Virus record (IMG/VR): IMGVR_UViG_3300028591_002825 | Coordinates: 321 to 64,320 of that record | Strand: one strand, 5' to 3' | Length of the DNA stretch: 64,000 nucleotides | Source of the DNA: a virus | Lineage: Duplodnaviria > Caudoviricetes | Shown here: positions 62,853 to 64,000 of the stretch, piece by piece | How the letters are laid out: every line of letters starts with the position of its first letter | How positions within the stretch are numbered: position 1 is the first letter of the stretch | Notes under the pieces: generated by a model | Told to the model about the DNA's origin: nothing | The model's database searches: none | Seen by the model: the letters and a program-made list of their open reading frames with translations, nothing else | Made by a program: the position numbers and the translations under genes

Positions 62853-63038
62853 TCATCCTCCAAGTCTGATAAATTTCATTTCTTTCTCATGCGGCAATTT
62901 CACTTTCCCATAGTCAATATTAATTTCAGACACTTTTACACCGCTCATGTCGAGTCCGGCAAATTTAAGACTGATTTCCATCTCTGCATCGGTAATTTTT
63001 CTTGCTTTACACCAATCGTAAAATTCCTGTACTGTCAT
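62853..63038 (-). CDS. Hypothetical protein
   Basis: 61 aa, GGAGGA RBS. Confidence 0.55.
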   Translation of the reverse strand: MTVQEFYDWCKARKITDAEMEISLKFAGLDMSGVKVSEINIDYGKVKLPHEKEMKFIRLGG

Positions 63039-63397
63039 GCTTCATCCTCCTGATAAGGTGCAGGGAGAGGTCTCCAAGCTTTCACAGTCATAAGTTTCCT
63101 GTGATTTGTATTCGCCCCACGCTCCCAATACCTGCTATTATACCAACCAAACGATACACCACCTTTATGTGTGATGAGCACAGTATCATTAGTCTCAGGC
63201 AGTCTCTCCGTTACAGGAATCCACCTGTCTTTCTCTTCCCCCTCAAGCAATTCCAGTGCTGATTCAATCAATTCGATAGTCTCCGCAGGATAATCATGCG
63301 GACAATCACAGCAGTTTCTTCCAAGGCAATCGGTAGGGTTTTCATTGTGACACGCCACTGCTTTGTGCATATAATTGATTGTTGTTTCTCTATCCAT
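63035..63397 (-). CDS. DUF551-like domain protein
   Basis: WIPVTERLPE...VL...W...V.AWRPLP.PY. Confidence 0.7.
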   Translation of the reverse strand: MDRETTINYMHKAVACHNENPTDCLGRNCCDCPHDYPAETIELIESALELLEGEEKDRWIPVTERLPETNDTVLITHKGGVSFGWYNSRYWERGANTNHRKLMTVKAWRPLPAPYQEDEA

Positions 63398-63973
63398 TTA
63401 GTTTCCCCCTCTGTGTACAGTCATTGTTAATCCTAATGTCTTTACACACCTATATTTTAAATTAGACAGACTTCGCTTCTTTACTTCTTCGATTGCCTGC
63501 TTCGCTTCTGCAAGACTTCTATATCTGGCAGGAATCCATGAACAAACAGGCTTCCATCCGCTATCAGAGAAATATTGAACTTCATACCATGTATTATTAG
63601 CTTCATACTCTCTTCGACGGTCTGCTCTCGCTTTCAGCATTGCCTGTCTTTCCGCATTAACTCGTTTTCTTTCCTCTTTTTCCAAATGTGCTTTTTCTGC
63701 CTCAACTTTACGAAGATACTTTTCTCTTCGATTCGGGTCACGTATTTCTGCAAGAATCACGTTTTTTGCGTGCGGAAGACGCCATTCGTCAGATTCATCT
63801 CTATCAAAAACAGCTTCATTTCCAACCCAACTGTAGTGCTTATATTGTTTCGGATTAACAAGAGCTTTATAACTGAAAAAATACTCTATGCCATCATCTC
63901 CTTTTACGATGCACCATCTTCGCCCGTCATAAGCTCGTTGAATAATAGTACCTCTCATACTTCTTTTTTTCAT
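63398..63973 (-). CDS. Protein with N-terminal cold-shock/OB-like domain
   Basis: RGTI...DG.EYFF...L...GNEAVFD...AKNV pattern plus coiled coil. Confidence 0.45.
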   Translation of the reverse strand: MKKRSMRGTIIQRAYDGRRWCIVKGDDGIEYFFSYKALVNPKQYKHYSWVGNEAVFDRDESDEWRLPHAKNVILAEIRDPNRREKYLRKVEAEKAHLEKEERKRVNAERQAMLKARADRRREYEANNTWYEVQYFSDSGWKPVCSWIPARYRSLAEAKQAIEEVKKRSLSNLKYRCVKTLGLTMTVHRGGN

Positions 63974-64000
63974 CTCCTTTCTATAGCTACTATAGTGTTT

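Overview
A 64 kb slice of a tailed dsDNA phage genome (SPP1/A118-like siphovirus). Its host is probably an anaerobic Firmicute: strong AAGGAGG SD sites, sigma-A promoters, SPOR-domain enzymes. Almost all genes are on the minus strand. Layout: 1-23.2 kb late operon (tail/RBP region, tape measure, tail, head, portal, TerL, endolysin/holin, TerS); 23.2-23.8 kb non-coding control region with a phased palindrome array; 23.8-25.7 kb short GC-richer plus-strand early block led by a J-domain gene; 26.3-34.4 kb array of small early genes with eight strong promoters; 34.8-64 kb replication/recombination region (bacterial-type clamp loader, beta clamp, RecA, RecU, Cas4-like nuclease, primase, SSB, split PolA) with a tRNA/ncRNA cluster and two SPOR-domain hydrolases. 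No integrase, CRISPR array or RT is seen. Best leads: (1) a candidate DNA hypermodification locus (T4 alpha-glucosyltransferase-like + ParB-C-like + radical SAM + TAGT/GREB1-like glycosyltransferase) with a C5-methyltransferase nearby and no TET in the window; (2) a PolA gene in two pieces, with an in-frame UCU-UAG-UCA in catalytic motif A that a Ser-to-Ser ribosomal stop-hop would repair exactly; (3) a tRNA-Thr-like gene with an 8-nt anticodon loop and a ~57-nt insertion; (4) several repeated cis-elements. All family assignments are from motif recognition by eye; no searches were run.
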